This document shows, one piece after another, positions 1 through 12,604 of a DNA stretch of 64,000 nt. Source of the DNA: Tubiluchus corallicola. Lineage: Eukaryota > Animalia > Priapulida. The stretch covers positions 434,001-498,000 of the forward strand of contig JAQGDQ010000105.1 of assembly GCA_030141605.1 (NCBI GenBank), in the 5' to 3' direction. The notes under the pieces are model-generated. The model was not told where the DNA came from. It made no database searches and saw only the letters and a list, made by a program, of their open reading frames with translations. Within the stretch, counting starts at the first letter, position 1. Each line of letters opens with the position of its first letter. The translations under genes and the position numbers were made by a program.

Positions 1-420
1 TTTAAGATTATTAGAGAGATAATTGCTAAACGGTCTGGTCAAAATAATTCACATGGATGTTGATTTAGATCCTGCTTTGTTTTCAAGAGCACTCGCTGAT
101 AAGACAAAAAGTAACCATAGTCTCAAATTGTGTGTTCGTAGAAGAAATTAAAAGATTTGGGTTTTCTCCAACCGCATTGTTCAAGTATGAAATTTTCTGC
201 CCATTTCCGTAAATGATGCGCTTTTGGTCATTACAGACAATTCTATACTTTTCAAAAATAGATTGAAGTATTTTGAATTTTTATAAAGTAATGGCTTGTG
301 CACGATAGGCGTATGTAAATAGCTTGCCTTTTTGCGTATCTCCCCACGTTCATGCTGTTATTGCTCTAAAATTTCTTATATTTTAATGTAATTTTATTTA
401 TTTTAAATAAATAAATAATG
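1..420 (+). mobile_element. CR1-like LINE 3' fragment (degenerate)
   Basis: The + frame gives ...VFSNRIVQV*NFLPISVNDA...FKNRLKYF, resembling the CR1 ORF2 C-terminal 'FSNRVVxxWNxLP...FK' motif but with stops. It is followed by a (TAAA)n-like tail at about 405-419. Confidence 0.55.
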
Positions 421-1799
421 CCTGATCTCAATTATGGGAAACGTAACTCGCCAAAGCCCAACTCCAGTTAGCTCAAAAAGCAGCAAAGAAAGAAAAACGA
501 GCTTGCCACCGCAGTGAATAGTTCATTGCTAAAATTGCACTAAACGCCACCGAACAGCAAGTAAATTTTAATGTTAAGAGCAATACTTAATAACTTAATA
601 ACTCATTATTGTTTTTCGACTAGTACAAGGCTCTGTATTTATGTTACAATGAAAGCTAGGAATTTTAATTAGAATTTATACTGACGGGTTATATTTTAGC
701 GCAGATAATTTAGGTAGTTTGTAGCTGAGACCACCTACAGCTCATGCACACTTACCTTGCTCAGTCATTCCTAAATGTTTTCCAATTTTTTTAAATAACA
801 TAATTCTGACTAGTCAGTATCTCTAAACCAATAAAAGTTTGTAATCAGAATTTCTTTGAAATAATCTTATGTCATTCAAAACATCCACTGGAAAATTGTT
901 AAGAGTCATGCATCAATAAATTTATTGAATAAAAGTTATTCGCACAACTAGTACACCTTTGTGAAACGCATTACTGTAATTTTAATTCATAAACAAATAA
1001 ACGTAATTTTATTCATATTCGTAAGTCATAAACAAGAATACAACAATAAAAATAGCAACTTGTGATGAATAAGTGGTACAAAAAAGAGAACATGCATTAT
1101 GTAACGATGTATAGCAAATGCACTAAAAACAATTTTATTGGATGTAAAACAGACAAGAAATTTACACAGTATTTTGCCTGCTCTAGCAAGTGTGTAATAA
1201 CTACCAAAATAGCAAAAAAGAACTGACAAGAAATAGTTCTAGCAAATGTGATATTTTAATAATAAATTCTAACCGTATTTGTATTAAGACAAACATAAAA
1301 GCAGATTTTAATTATCAGCTTAAAATGAATTAACCTGAAAAAGAAATTTTCAGGTTTGAAAATACTCCCACACAACCATTCACATGATCCTATGCTTTGT
1401 ACAACAAAAGTATTTCAACAGAAAATTTCTCTCTAGGATTTGATAATAGTCACAAATACTTCATAAAGGGGTCAACCAAAATATTGCTTAAACTTTCCAT
1501 CTATTATCATCCATTAACTATTTTAACTATTTGCATCCGTTAACGAAATATGAAATATGAATAGGCCATATGTAATCATAACAGTTAAACACTTAATTCA
1601 ATGCTTAATCTTTAAGAATACAAACAATCATATTACTGAGGCAAATATAAGTAGCTAACATCTAACTGTACATATTATACATTATTATCTTTACATAAAG
1701 TTTACGATTGCAATACCTCCTCAACTTTCAATTTTTAATTATCAGAAAATTCTGGGGTTACAATCAAAAATGTTAAAAGCTTTACTGTCCTGTGCTCTC

Positions 1800-1896
1800 C
1801 ATCCATCTCTCTCATCCTTCCCCCCTCTCTCTCTGTCTCTCTTTCTCACGCACACCCGCCTGCCCGCACGCACGCACGCACACACACACACACACA
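1800..1896. repeat. Compound (CT)n/(CACG)n/(CA)n microsatellite
   Basis: Read directly: ctctctctctgtctctctttctc...cgcacgcacgcacacacacacacacac. It lies in the probable TMEM222 3' UTR. Confidence 0.85.
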
Positions 1897-2168
1897 AACT
1901 AGGAAAGCAGCTGTGTCAATTGTCAGTGATGAAATACAAAATTCAAGTTTAGCTGCTGCAGAAAACTGTCAATTTTCATCATCGAGTAAAAACTAAAAAG
2001 AGACAGATCCGATATAGAGTCATAACCTCAGTGACAGACACTTGCACAAATATGCAGTAGTTAAATATACATCATTATTACATATTTACTTAAATAAATA
2101 ACAAATTAATCACATTCATAAATTACGTATAGTACAATTGCCATATGTATTCGTGGAGCTTCAGACAG

Positions 2169-5100
2169 TCACACTGGTGGTCTAAGCACCAGCACAAGTG
2201 TAATCGTTAATCCAGCTATGACGATAAAAGGCAACCATGTTTTCAACAGACCACGAAGACTGCAAAAAATTCCTTTTGTTACCACAGGTAAATTCAATTT
2301 TAACGCAAATTATTTATTTTCATGCTATGTTTCTATTTGTGATTGATCAATGACTGATTATCATCTGCTCAGAGCAATGGTGATTGGCCCATAATTAGCT
2401 TACTACCAAAGGTTTAATTGAGAATTAATGTCAAATAATTGCAAGTAACATTAACTACTGTTACTATGAGGCAAATAAACGTGTCAAAAAGTGTATAATT
2501 TCAAATTGGGGCAATGGAAATCCACTGACAACTTTCTGGATAGTTCTGCTGAGGTACAGACTTAGCCAGTAATAAATCCACAAGCAACAAATATAGCAAA
2601 ATTAAACAATCAACTAGAATGCTAAATGCTTTCTTCATTTGTTAATAATACAACAAAAAGAAGAATAAAAAATTTATCAAAAAAAGTACAGCTTTGTCAT
2701 TGCTATACTAACTGTCAACTTGTGTCACAGTGTTGGATATTATAGTAGCAACCATAAAAAAATGGAACTTTGATATCAGTTTTCCCCCAAAAAAGTCAAC
2801 TTCCCCAAAGGGACAGCTGTTGTATGTATGATTTTTCTGGTGACAGCTTATCAATGGACCAAGTACATTTAGTGCTGTAAGCTATAAGCATTACCTTACA
2901 TATTTACCATACAGCAACATAAGAAAACAGAGCTTAATCATATTCCATGATGTGCTACTGTCATACTTCATCATATTCAAGGCTGTTGCAACATGAGAAT
3001 GACAATTATCACAGCAGAGATTGTGCTAGAAAAGTAAAAAACAAACATTGCAAAAACTTTGTAACAAAACAGAAATTCTAATTTCTAGCTACAGAAATAT
3101 AACATAGCAATAATATAAAATAACTCATCAAATGACTAAGAGTTGTTTATAACAACAGCATTTGTAAACTATTTTAGCTTATCTCTGCCACATTACAGTT
3201 GCACTTGAGGAGAAAATACTGCCATAGTATATATACTACCATGGTATAGTACCCATACTCATACTAGAGGTCACATGATTTATACCCATACCATAGTATA
3301 AGCAGCAGGTTTTTCAAAAATAATTTTTATACTCTATTGCTGGATTCAGCCATGCATTTTAAATCAATTTTTTTAAATGTGGAACTGTTTTGACTTCATA
3401 ATGTGCAAATGCATAATCTCAGTGTTTTTAGCATAGGTATAGTTACTGTAAGTATTTTAATTGTGTGTATAATATGGCTTTATGCTCAAATAAAGAGTAA
3501 TCAATCAATCAATCAATCTGCAAGCTCAAAGTTAAATTTCATTAGTTTCAGTACTTTTAAAGTCAAAATTCTCAGAACTACTTTTACCGGGTGAAAAATA
3601 ACATGACCATAAGTATAACAATAAAATTTAAGCAATCTCATTCAATTATATCTACCATATGACCTTTATACTCTTCTGATGCATCAAAGACACCTCTATC
3701 CCAAGCCTGCTGTCCACCAGGCACTTTCTCTAGTGGTAATCGCCAATATCTATTAAAAGTCATTTAACCAAGTTTGTAAAAAAGGAAACATAATTCCAAG
3801 CATTAACAGATATATTCTACAAGTAATGATCAACTACTCCTCGAAAACAGAAGAATATGAAGCTCACTTCAAAGTCACACACAATTGATCACATGAATCT
3901 AAATGATATTAAAGGAAAAGCCAAGTCTCTTGGTAAGGTGAGCTTATTCAAATATATGAGAAAATGTTAGAAAGTTTCAGAAATAAAACTGTGATTGAAC
4001 ACCTCGTATAATCAGTAAAATCAATTTAGAGCTGCGACCACTTCACACTTGTGCAAGTTAATTTTGAGCAAAAAATGGCATCAATCATTTACCCTGCAAT
4101 ACAAACACTTATCCCACAAGGTGCTTGAGCAATCGCTTATGAAGGTGCAGTTACAATTATTAATTATAAAGAATCCAAAAGTTAAACTAGTAATTGTTAG
4201 TATAATTTTTAATGAATCTCGTTGCCCACTATGTAATCAAAAACAGTAATTGACCATAGTATAGTAGCCTGGAATTAACCCTGATAAAACGTAAAAATAA
4301 TAGAATTATTTTAACAAGCTAAAACTGAACTTTATAAACTAAGTAACCTGCCTGGCACTTACTATATGCTTCAAGAATTGCATTCTTATCTGAAAGTCAA
4401 CAAAGATGTCTGTAAATTAACAATGTGCCTTAAACAATTTACAGTACTTACACATTTTATTATAATAACATGGATTAAAGCTACGTAAGCTAAGCTCTTT
4501 AAAGCTACTGCTAATTGATCCGATAACTAATTTTCACATAAACACAGCTAAACATAATGCAAAAATAGCAAAACTTCTGAGTGAATTGCAGACGTTTTGC
4601 TATGCACACTTTCACAGCATTCACACTGTCCACCAGCTTACGCATTTTTTCAAACATGCCAGCAGCAAGGTTCGTTTGGCGGGAGATAAGAAATATTTAA
4701 ATATCCTTTGCATTTCTAAGCAAGACATTTTGTGCAGATATATACACTGTGTGGTAATTTCAATATTTTTAATTGTGTGTTAGAATACAATATTGTTCAA
4801 GGGTTGGTTTTCCTTTTAAACACTTTTGCAATAACGAGTGTACATATCCTACATCCAAATACACACAGGGAAAAGCAGATTTTTGGAGAAATTATGTTTG
4901 TATAAACAGAATAATTTAAAACATATTTCTGAAACTTTTGCATACTTTGTCGGATTACCAAATGCCATACAATCTTCCTGAAAAGAAAAACAAACAGATT
5001 TATTAACAAACTTCAAAAAAATAAAAACTATTTAATTCATAAAATACAATTTATATTTTTATTTAATTCCAAATTCAAAATGATATTATGTATAGCATTT

Positions 5101-8100
5101 CAGCAAAATAATGTAATATTAATAGCAGCAAGACCTAGCAAAAAAATATGTTTGCAACAAAGGGACTTGACTTCATGCTAATGCATGTTAATCATTGCCA
5201 AATCAGAAGTATGGCTCCTTTGCTTTAAATCAAATTATACTAATGGATGGTTCGTTTGTTTATTTATTTGTTAGCTTGTTTTTTTTAAATTGTTTTATCA
5301 TAGATCCAGTTCTGCTGGATCTGGATTGAACCCATATCTTAACATCCAGGATCCAGAACGACAAACGTCACTTAATTGTCATTTATGCCTAACATAAATT
5401 ATATTAAAACTATTAAATAAATTCATTGTATTACAAGTACCATGCCCATTTGCCAATGGTTCATTGATTTGTTAATAAATAAATTCAAGTGAATTTACAT
5501 TTATTTTTGTTGGGTTCATAGTAAAGACACCAAACCATGTTTTTACTGCTTGAAGTTGGCAAAATAGATGGCTCTAAATTTTTAGCAGACATTTTGGCAG
5601 GACTAGTGGTTCTCTTTGTAGTGAGCAACTGCATGAAGACTTGTGGTACCTCTGACGCTACTTACAAGCACAGTAAGGAAAAAATAAGAATTATTTTTGT
5701 TAAATTTCTAAATATTTTAATGGAACCAATACAATTCTTAAAAAAACTTAACATTATTTACACAGACTGCTGTGCATATTTTTTTGCCTTATAATAGTGC
5801 CTTATTATATTATATTACATTACATTACATTACATTACATTACATTACATTACATTACATTACACTACATTACATTACATTATATTATATCATGTCATAT
5901 CATATCATATTATATTATATTTCTATATTATAGTGCCTTATTGTTTTTGCTTTTCCCATAAGACAAACATGGGAAGGCAAACAATGAAATTATTAAGCCT
6001 GAAAATTTTTTTTTACCAGATCCAGATTAGTTTCTTCTCTATTAAATTTGCCAAATGGCATGTACCCGAATCCTGTACACTCCTAACTGCTATAAAGTTC
6101 AAGGTTCAAGTTGAGAAAAAATACTTACAGAAACATAATATGGTCCTGCAAAATCTCTTATAATTCCAGATGAAGTTGCAATACCCATGTGCCCAATAAA
6201 TGGAAACAACCATCTGAAAAATAAAATTTGTTGATAATTTTTTATATGTGATACTGTTCTTCTGCTACTTTACAAGACTATAAAATTGTATAATTTATAT
6301 AATTGCATCTTATATAATTTTTCTTTATAAAATTTAAATTTCAAAACAGAAAATACAGAGCAAGCCTCACTTCAACAAATAATATCTTGAATGGCATTTT
6401 GTGCAGAAGCACAGTCACAGAAGCTGGTATAAAATAGATGTTTGTTAGCATTTGAGTAAAATGAACAACAAGGTAATGAACTTCAAAATAAAGAAAACCA
6501 TCTGAATCCAAAGCTTAAAACCACTCACGTCATCACCTTACTATAAAACACATTATGTGTCAGTGCTAATTTACATCTACTTCTTCCTAGGAAGGACATA
6601 CTTATGTTTAAGCTGAAGTCACTGAAAACATTTTACTCAAATATCACATATTATCTGCATAATATATAAAAATAAGAAAAACTAAAAATGTAGTGCTTAG
6701 GTCATTTGATAAAAATACTACCACAGACTGGTTGGCAGAAATTACAGAATCAAAATGGAAAAAAGCAATTTGTTTTTCTGTCATGATGTTCTTTAATGGG
6801 AAAGCATCGTCTGCAACAAATACAAATGGGAGGCCTTTGTCATGGAAAGGATCTGCTATCAGTAGGGCATCCCAATTCTCATTTTACAACATCTCGCTGA
6901 ACCTAGCATTTCTCCATAGTCCTCCATCAGATACACCTCCATTAATTCCTATGTTTGTATATAGGAATTCATATATAACTGCCATTAATATTATACGGTG
7001 GAACCCTTTGTAATTGTAAAAGTATGAACCCCACTTTCTGCTGGAAGTTGAACGGCAATATGCTTCCCAATGATTGGGTATCAGCAGTTGGGAAAATACC
7101 ACCTGGCTTGAAATTGTTCTGCGATTTGCGTCTATGTAATTGGGGATCCATTGGAGTCTAAAAATAATTTTAACTCTTTTTTGTTACCATTAGTCCACCC
7201 TTCTTTGTTATAAAAACACACAACCATCTATAAAATTTGTGCGTGTTGTGTCGTATCATATTACAAGCTGTGTATCATTGGTAAAATAATGAACAGTATC
7301 ATTATCAAGTGAGAACTATGCTATGATGTGATATTATTTAAGTTGTAAAACTTGAAAAAATAAGAGATAACTACATGCAGACGATATAATAATACAGGCC
7401 TAACAGTTTACCTGTAGCAAATTTCTGAAGCATGAATTTATAGAATACCTGCCGGTACTTTTCCTGAAAAATAGCTTCGCACATTTCTGGCATAATAAAA
7501 GATAAACTGGGCTTCAATATTCTAGTCGAATATTGTATAGTGGTGCAAGAAACACCTGTCACCAAAAATCTTAGAGTGGCCTCCAAGCGGGAGCTGGTGA
7601 TATCGCTTCTTTCACATTTGTCTCCATCTTTTGAATATAAAGAGAAACTTGTTCCAATAAATAGTCAAATACTTTAGGTGACACACGCATGTAGTTCAAA
7701 AAAAAATCACGTGGCAGCTCAACTTTCAAGTCTTTGAAAATCTAGCTGTAACTGCCCCTTAGGCCTCTTCGCTGAAGCCATTTGTTCATCCAAACTTTTC
7801 TAACTCTTTCTTTTCTAACTTTTCTAATCGCACAACCTAACACAATAGATAATAAAGCACGTTTGCATGTTGGCACAATAATTTGTCCAAGAGACGGACA
7901 CCATTTGTTGGTTTGTTGAATGCTTATTGCCAGTGTTTGGCAGAGTACAGTTTGATGTGTTTAAACACGCATCAGTTTTTAGACTGCCAGTTTTGTTTTG
8001 AAAGTTTAAAAACTGATCGTGTAAATGGACTTTAAGAATGAGCTGTTGATGTAGCTGAAGGAATAGAAGATATTTCATATTCCCAGAAGCTCAAACATCT

Positions 8101-9001
8101 ATGGTTGTACTGGCTGACTATTAGAAGCCGCCATGGAAGAAGTACATACGCAAATCAAGAGGAAGACAAACTTTTGACAGAACGCAGAATATTTCATGCA
8201 TCTTACTCAAAGTCACTGCCAAAAATGATTTGAGATGCTCAAATGTTTCAAAAATGATGATGCACACCTTGTCTTTCTAATTTTGTACGAGATGCTAAAA
8301 ATCTATGCAACACTGCCTGTGACTACAGCGACTGTAGAATGCTCCTTTTCAAGTGTCTAGAGCCCATACTCCAGAAAATGAAATTAAGCAAGAACTTAAA
8401 ACAAAAAAGACACCCCTCCTCACTGAATAATTTTGTACACTGCACAGACATATTATGATAAAGAGTATCCAAGGCCAAATTATTGCCTTTTTGGCTTCTA
8501 GGTTAATGAAATTATGGGGTCCCCTCAGACAGAACCACCATGTAACTCGCCCACACCCGTCTTGAATATTATTTATTCATGATATATTTTAGCGACATTT
8601 ACATAGCTTGAAGTAATCTTATTGAAGCAAATCTATCTTTTGTTTGTCAATAAAAATAGTCTTTAAGAAATACCACTTTTTTCTACTTATTGCAAACCAA
8701 ATTAACACATATGTCAACGCAACCGTACAGAAAAAAACAGATTTTTTACCAAATGTTACCAAAGCTTGATGGGCCCTACGCTGCAACCTACACTAGTTTA
8801 CAGGCTATGCATTTAATACAATAAAAGAATAGGATAATCTGGCCCTGCCAATACCACTCACGTCAGCAAAGGTATCGGTGTCCACACAATACAGTACGGA
8901 TATCGACAGCGTTTATGGTCAACATCATCTCGCGAAAAAGTTGTAAGTTGTCGTTTCATGTTATTAATTTCCACACTTTCCTCAGTATTTACTTCTTCCA
9001 T
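2169..9001 (-). CDS. TMEM222: Transmembrane protein 222 (RTE1-like/DUF778 family), ~192 aa
   Basis: Six exons with GT-AG introns and consistent phases: 9001-8862, 6213-6129, 4977-4946, 3749-3656, 3025-2895, 2259-2169. Spliced product: MEEVNTEES...RCRYPYCIVWTPIPLLTWLFPFIGHMGIATSSGIIRDFAGPYYVSEDCMAFGNPTKYW...AWDRGVFDASEEYKGHMHNLCCDNCHSHVATALN...KTWLPF, which carries the TMEM222 hallmark motifs. An alternative in-frame ATG lies at 8959. Confidence 0.95.
5811..5925. repeat. (TACAT)n pentanucleotide microsatellite grading into (TATAT/TATCA)n
   Basis: About 13 tandem tacat units read directly in TMEM222 intron 2. Confidence 0.9.
6740..7800 (-). pseudogene. PIF/Harbinger (HARBI1/ALP1-like DDE) transposase relic
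   Basis: Frameshifted minus-strand pieces: NYMRVSPKVFDYLLEQV...EAISPAPRLEATLRFLVTG, GSYFYNYKGFHRIILMA...NGGVSDGGLW and LPFVFVADDAFPLK. These are canonical Harbinger transposase motifs. The relic lies in TMEM222 intron 1. Confidence 0.85.
8271..8360 (+). pseudogene. hAT transposase C-terminal dimerisation-domain fragment
   Basis: Translates VFLILYEMLKIYATLPVTTATVECSFSSV*, matching the hAT 'LxIxxTLPVTTAxxERSFS' motif. Confidence 0.75.
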
Positions 9002-9442
9002 CGCTAGATCACTATTATCCCATATCAAGTATTAGCGGAAGATCGCATAATTACGGCGCACCGTATCATTCTGGCTGGACTACATTCATTCGACTAGCCG
9101 CACATATACGCCGTATTACGCACAAAACTTCCAATAATTACAAGTACGGATGAGCAAAATAGAACATCGAACGTTCGAATTTGATTCGAACTTAAAATAG
9201 GGAGTCAAATTTGAGCACTTTGACTACATAATTATTACGTTCTTTATTATTAAAACGTTTGATAATGCAATCAGCACAGTTCTGCTGCAATTTCTGTGCA
9301 CGTTTTTTTAAAAAAAATAATCAAAGTTTTTGCTGGCAGAACAAAATCATGCAATGGTCTTTGTGACTTTTTTGCATGATCCTTGTGAGACCACTTTTTA
9401 GTGATTAGGCAAAGCCCTGCAAAGGATTTTGCTCATTAATAT

Positions 9443-12400
9443 AATAATAATAATAATAATCTTTTATTTATCTTTTAACACACACAGTTACAATACAATT
9501 AATTTAGCAACAAAAATGTGAAGAAAGGGCAGCGAAAGACCAATTGGTCATCTAGTCAGCTGCCCTTTGGTTAGTGATGAACATTTTTTAAAGGCGCTAT
9601 GCTACAGTGTATTAGTGTTAGTACTGCTTATTATAAAAACTAAATTGTTAGGAATGACATAAAATTGATAATGATATGCTTATAATGTGTTAGTACAATT
9701 CATACACAGTAATAATAAGTGCATAATAATAATAAAAAAAAATCAAACTGAAGATAACTGAAATAAGGACTGAAACAAGAACTGAAATAAAAATCTGACA
9801 TCAGGAACATAATAACAATGGCAACTGAAATTTACTTTATAACGCAAGCATAATGTAAAAAAATACAGAGCGATTTTTGATGATCTGATGTAAAATAAAT
9901 TGGGAGATAGTTAGAGCACAAAAAATTACCTGTATGACTGCATGAGGAGATTGACAATTGGAGTCCAGACTTTGAAAATGATCTACAGAAGTTAGACAAT
10001 AAACAATCAAATATGGAAGTTAATTGATCCTGCTATAACAGTAACTGCTCTTGCAAAAGGAATAAAAGTTGTTCAGTAATAAGTTTGCAAGAGTTGACAT
10101 TTATATAATTTACTTAAGTGACAGATACTAGTTGATTGCTTAAGATCATCTGAAAGAGTATTCCATAGAACTGTACCATTATGTTTTAAAGTTTGTAAAC
10201 CTTTTGTTGTGTTAAATCTTTCCTGAAAATAGTTTTGTTTGGTAGCTGCTCTTGTAGAATACTGATGAACGTCACTAATCTTTTTGAAATAATTGCCGTA
10301 TAATTTAGGTAGAATGCCCTTTTTATAGTTGAACATGAATTTCGCTAACTCAAGCTTATAAATTTCATTAATTTTTAATAATTGCAAAGCATAATAGGAG
10401 GGGGTAGCATGATCTCGGAACCCAGCAAAAGTCATTGTTTTGATAATTTTGTTATGTGCTGCTGTAAGTGGTTTCAAAACAGATTTTTTCGCTGTGCCCC
10501 ACGATAAGATACAATAGTTAATGTGTGGGTACACAATGGCAAAGTAAATCATTTTTAGTATATCCGTGCTCAAGTAATGCCTCAATTTAAAAAATATACC
10601 TGTAACTTTGCTTACTTTGTAGGTAATATTTTTTATGTGTGTTGACCAATTAAGGGTGTCATCTATGTAGACGCCCAAATATTTTATGTCTGATACTTGT
10701 TCTAATAAACAGTCTTGCATGGATACTGTTATAATGGAGTTTTCGTTGTTTTCAAATTTATTTCTTATGATCATAAATTTTGTTTTATTATAGTTTACTG
10801 TTAACTTATTTGTACGCATCCATGTGTTAATTTTGATCAGTTCTTCATTACTTTTAAGCTCAAGATTTTGCGTATCGTTGTCTGCTAAGAAGAGGTTAGT
10901 GTCATCAGCAAAAAGTCGTGTTTGCATGTTAGTACAAAGAGGGAGGTCATTTATATATATCAGGAAAAGAAGTGGACCCAAGGTGGATCCTTGAGGTACA
11001 CCACATTGTATTGAGCATAGGTCAGAGGCAAAATTGTCAACTACCGTAAATTGGTGTCTGTTCGTAAGATATGACTGGAATAGTTTTTGCGTGATTCCAC
11101 GGATACCATAATAGTCCATTTTGTTGAGTAGAATGTCGTGTTGAACGGTGTCAAAAGCTTTTGTTAAATCAAGAAAGATGCCGCAGGTAAGTAATTTATT
11201 GTCTAGGTTTGTCAGAAGATTGTCTATGATTTCAGCAGTTGCTAATATTGTGGAATGATTTTTGCGGAAACCGAATTGAAAACACGATATTGTATCATTT
11301 TTGATTAAATATGTCATCAGGCGTTTATATAAAATTGACTCAAAAATTTTGGCAATGGGTGATATGAGTGAGATGGGTCGGTAGTTGTTCAGCTCGTTTG
11401 GATCATCTTTTTTATATATGGGGATTACTTTTGCCAGTTTTAAAGTGTCGGGGAATGTCCCAGTCAGAATTGACGCATTAAACAGATTTGTAAGCGGAGT
11501 TGAAATTATGTTTTTTGACATTTTGAAATATGTAATTGGGATGTCATAAGGGCCTTTTGCTTTATTGGGATCTAGTCTATCAATAGCTTGGGAAATCTCG
11601 ATTTCGCTAACTGGTGTGATATAGAAAGAATTTTCTTGGGGATGCATTAAATAGTCTGTATACTTACAGTTTTGGGGTTGTGTTATGCGTGATGCCAGTG
11701 ATATACCAATGTTTGCAAAAAAACTGTTAAAAGCATTAGCTTTATGGTGCGGGTCGCATGAGGTTGTGCCTTGGTAACGAACTTTAGTTGGCATTATACT
11801 TGCTGTCTTTTTTTTAATTTTGAGAAGTTCATTGATAGTGCTCCAAGTTTGTTTCATGTTATTTTTGTTTGCAAGCAAGATCTGGGAGTAATACTTCTTT
11901 TTGGATGCATGTTTGATGTGATTAAGTTTGTTAGAATATGTTTTATATAAATTTTGCTTATACAGTGAGTTGGATAACTTGTGTGTTGTATACATACGGC
12001 TTCTTGTTTTAATAGAATTGAGAATGCCGGGAGTGATCCATGGTTTAGCTATAGTTTTTGAGTTTTTCCTTGATAACGTTTTGAGTGGGGCATGTTTGTC
12101 AAGTAATGTTTTAAACGAGTCCATGAATTGTGAGCAGTAAGAGTGTATGTCTGCTTCGCCATCATTCAGTGTTAAGTTACTTATATTAACTTGAAGCTCG
12201 CTTAAAAAGTTACCTTGATTGAATGATCTCGTACATCTGATTGTTTTTTTAATGTTGTTGTGCAGGAGATTAGTATTTCTTATAATGGCAAATATTGGCA
12301 AGTGGTCCGCAATGGGGTTAGTAATGATGCCAGATGTGATGGGTGTAGAAAGATTATTAGTATAAATATGATCAATTAGGGTGTGTGACGTTGGAGTAAT

Positions 12401-12601
12401 TCTAGTTGGTCGCGTGATAATTGGTGTAAATTGATTTGAGAAGAGCATGTTGAGATACTTATCAATAAATGGTTTGTTATCATGTTGATATAAGTCTATA
12501 TTAATGTCTCCACATATATAAGCTGGTTTGCCTGTGGAGTTGATAGTGCAAAGAACTGATTCTAATTCGTCATGAAAATGTTCGACTGGGGTGTTTGGAT
12601 G
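9443..12601 (-). mobile_element. 5'-truncated non-LTR retrotransposon (CR1/L2 group, Crack/Daphne-like)
   Basis: Bounded by a 9-bp direct repeat cattaatat (9434-9442 and 12602-12610). It has an (ATT)n tail at about 9443-9460, a 3' stem-loop at 9524-9568, and an uninterrupted ORF2. Confidence 0.9.
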
Positions 12602-12604
12602 CAT
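10073..12604 (-). CDS. LINE ORF2: C-terminal part of apurinic endonuclease plus reverse transcriptase
   Basis: APE motifs YICGDINID, TLIDHIYTN and IADHLPIF; KPWITPGI; RT motifs NYRPISL, QFGFR, FLDLTKAFDTV, GVPQGSTLGPLLFLIYINDL, LFADDT and KYLGV. The N-terminal half of the endonuclease is missing. Confidence 0.9.
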   Translation of the reverse strand: MHPNTPVEHFHDELESVLCTINSTGKPAYICGDINIDLYQHDNKPFIDKYLNMLFSNQFTPIITRPTRITPTSHTLIDHIYTNNLSTPITSGIITNPIADHLPIFAIIRNTNLLHNNIKKTIRCTRSFNQGNFLSELQVNISNLTLNDGEADIHSYCSQFMDSFKTLLDKHAPLKTLSRKNSKTIAKPWITPGILNSIKTRSRMYTTHKLSNSLYKQNLYKTYSNKLNHIKHASKKKYYSQILLANKNNMKQTWSTINELLKIKKKTASIMPTKVRYQGTTSCDPHHKANAFNSFFANIGISLASRITQPQNCKYTDYLMHPQENSFYITPVSEIEISQAIDRLDPNKAKGPYDIPITYFKMSKNIISTPLTNLFNASILTGTFPDTLKLAKVIPIYKKDDPNELNNYRPISLISPIAKIFESILYKRLMTYLIKNDTISCFQFGFRKNHSTILATAEIIDNLLTNLDNKLLTCGIFLDLTKAFDTVQHDILLNKMDYYGIRGITQKLFQSYLTNRHQFTVVDNFASDLCSIQCGVPQGSTLGPLLFLIYINDLPLCTNMQTRLFADDTNLFLADNDTQNLELKSNEELIKINTWMRTNKLTVNYNKTKFMIIRNKFENNENSIITVSMQDCLLEQVSDIKYLGVYIDDTLNWSTHIKNITYKVSKVTGIFFKLRHYLSTDILKMIYFAIVYPHINYCILSWGTAKKSVLKPLTAAHNKIIKTMTFAGFRDHATPSYYALQLLKINEIYKLELAKFMFNYKKGILPKLYGNYFKKISDVHQYSTRAATKQNYFQERFNTTKGLQTLKHNGTVLWNTLSDDLKQSTSICHLSKLYKCQLLQTYY

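Noticed and set aside
6693-7013. 106-aa + strand ORF
   Set aside because: It is the antisense shadow of the Harbinger transposase relic.
6740-7800. Domesticated HARBI1/ALP1-like gene nested in TMEM222
   Set aside because: Frameshifts, stops and deletions break the catalytic region, so it is a decayed element.
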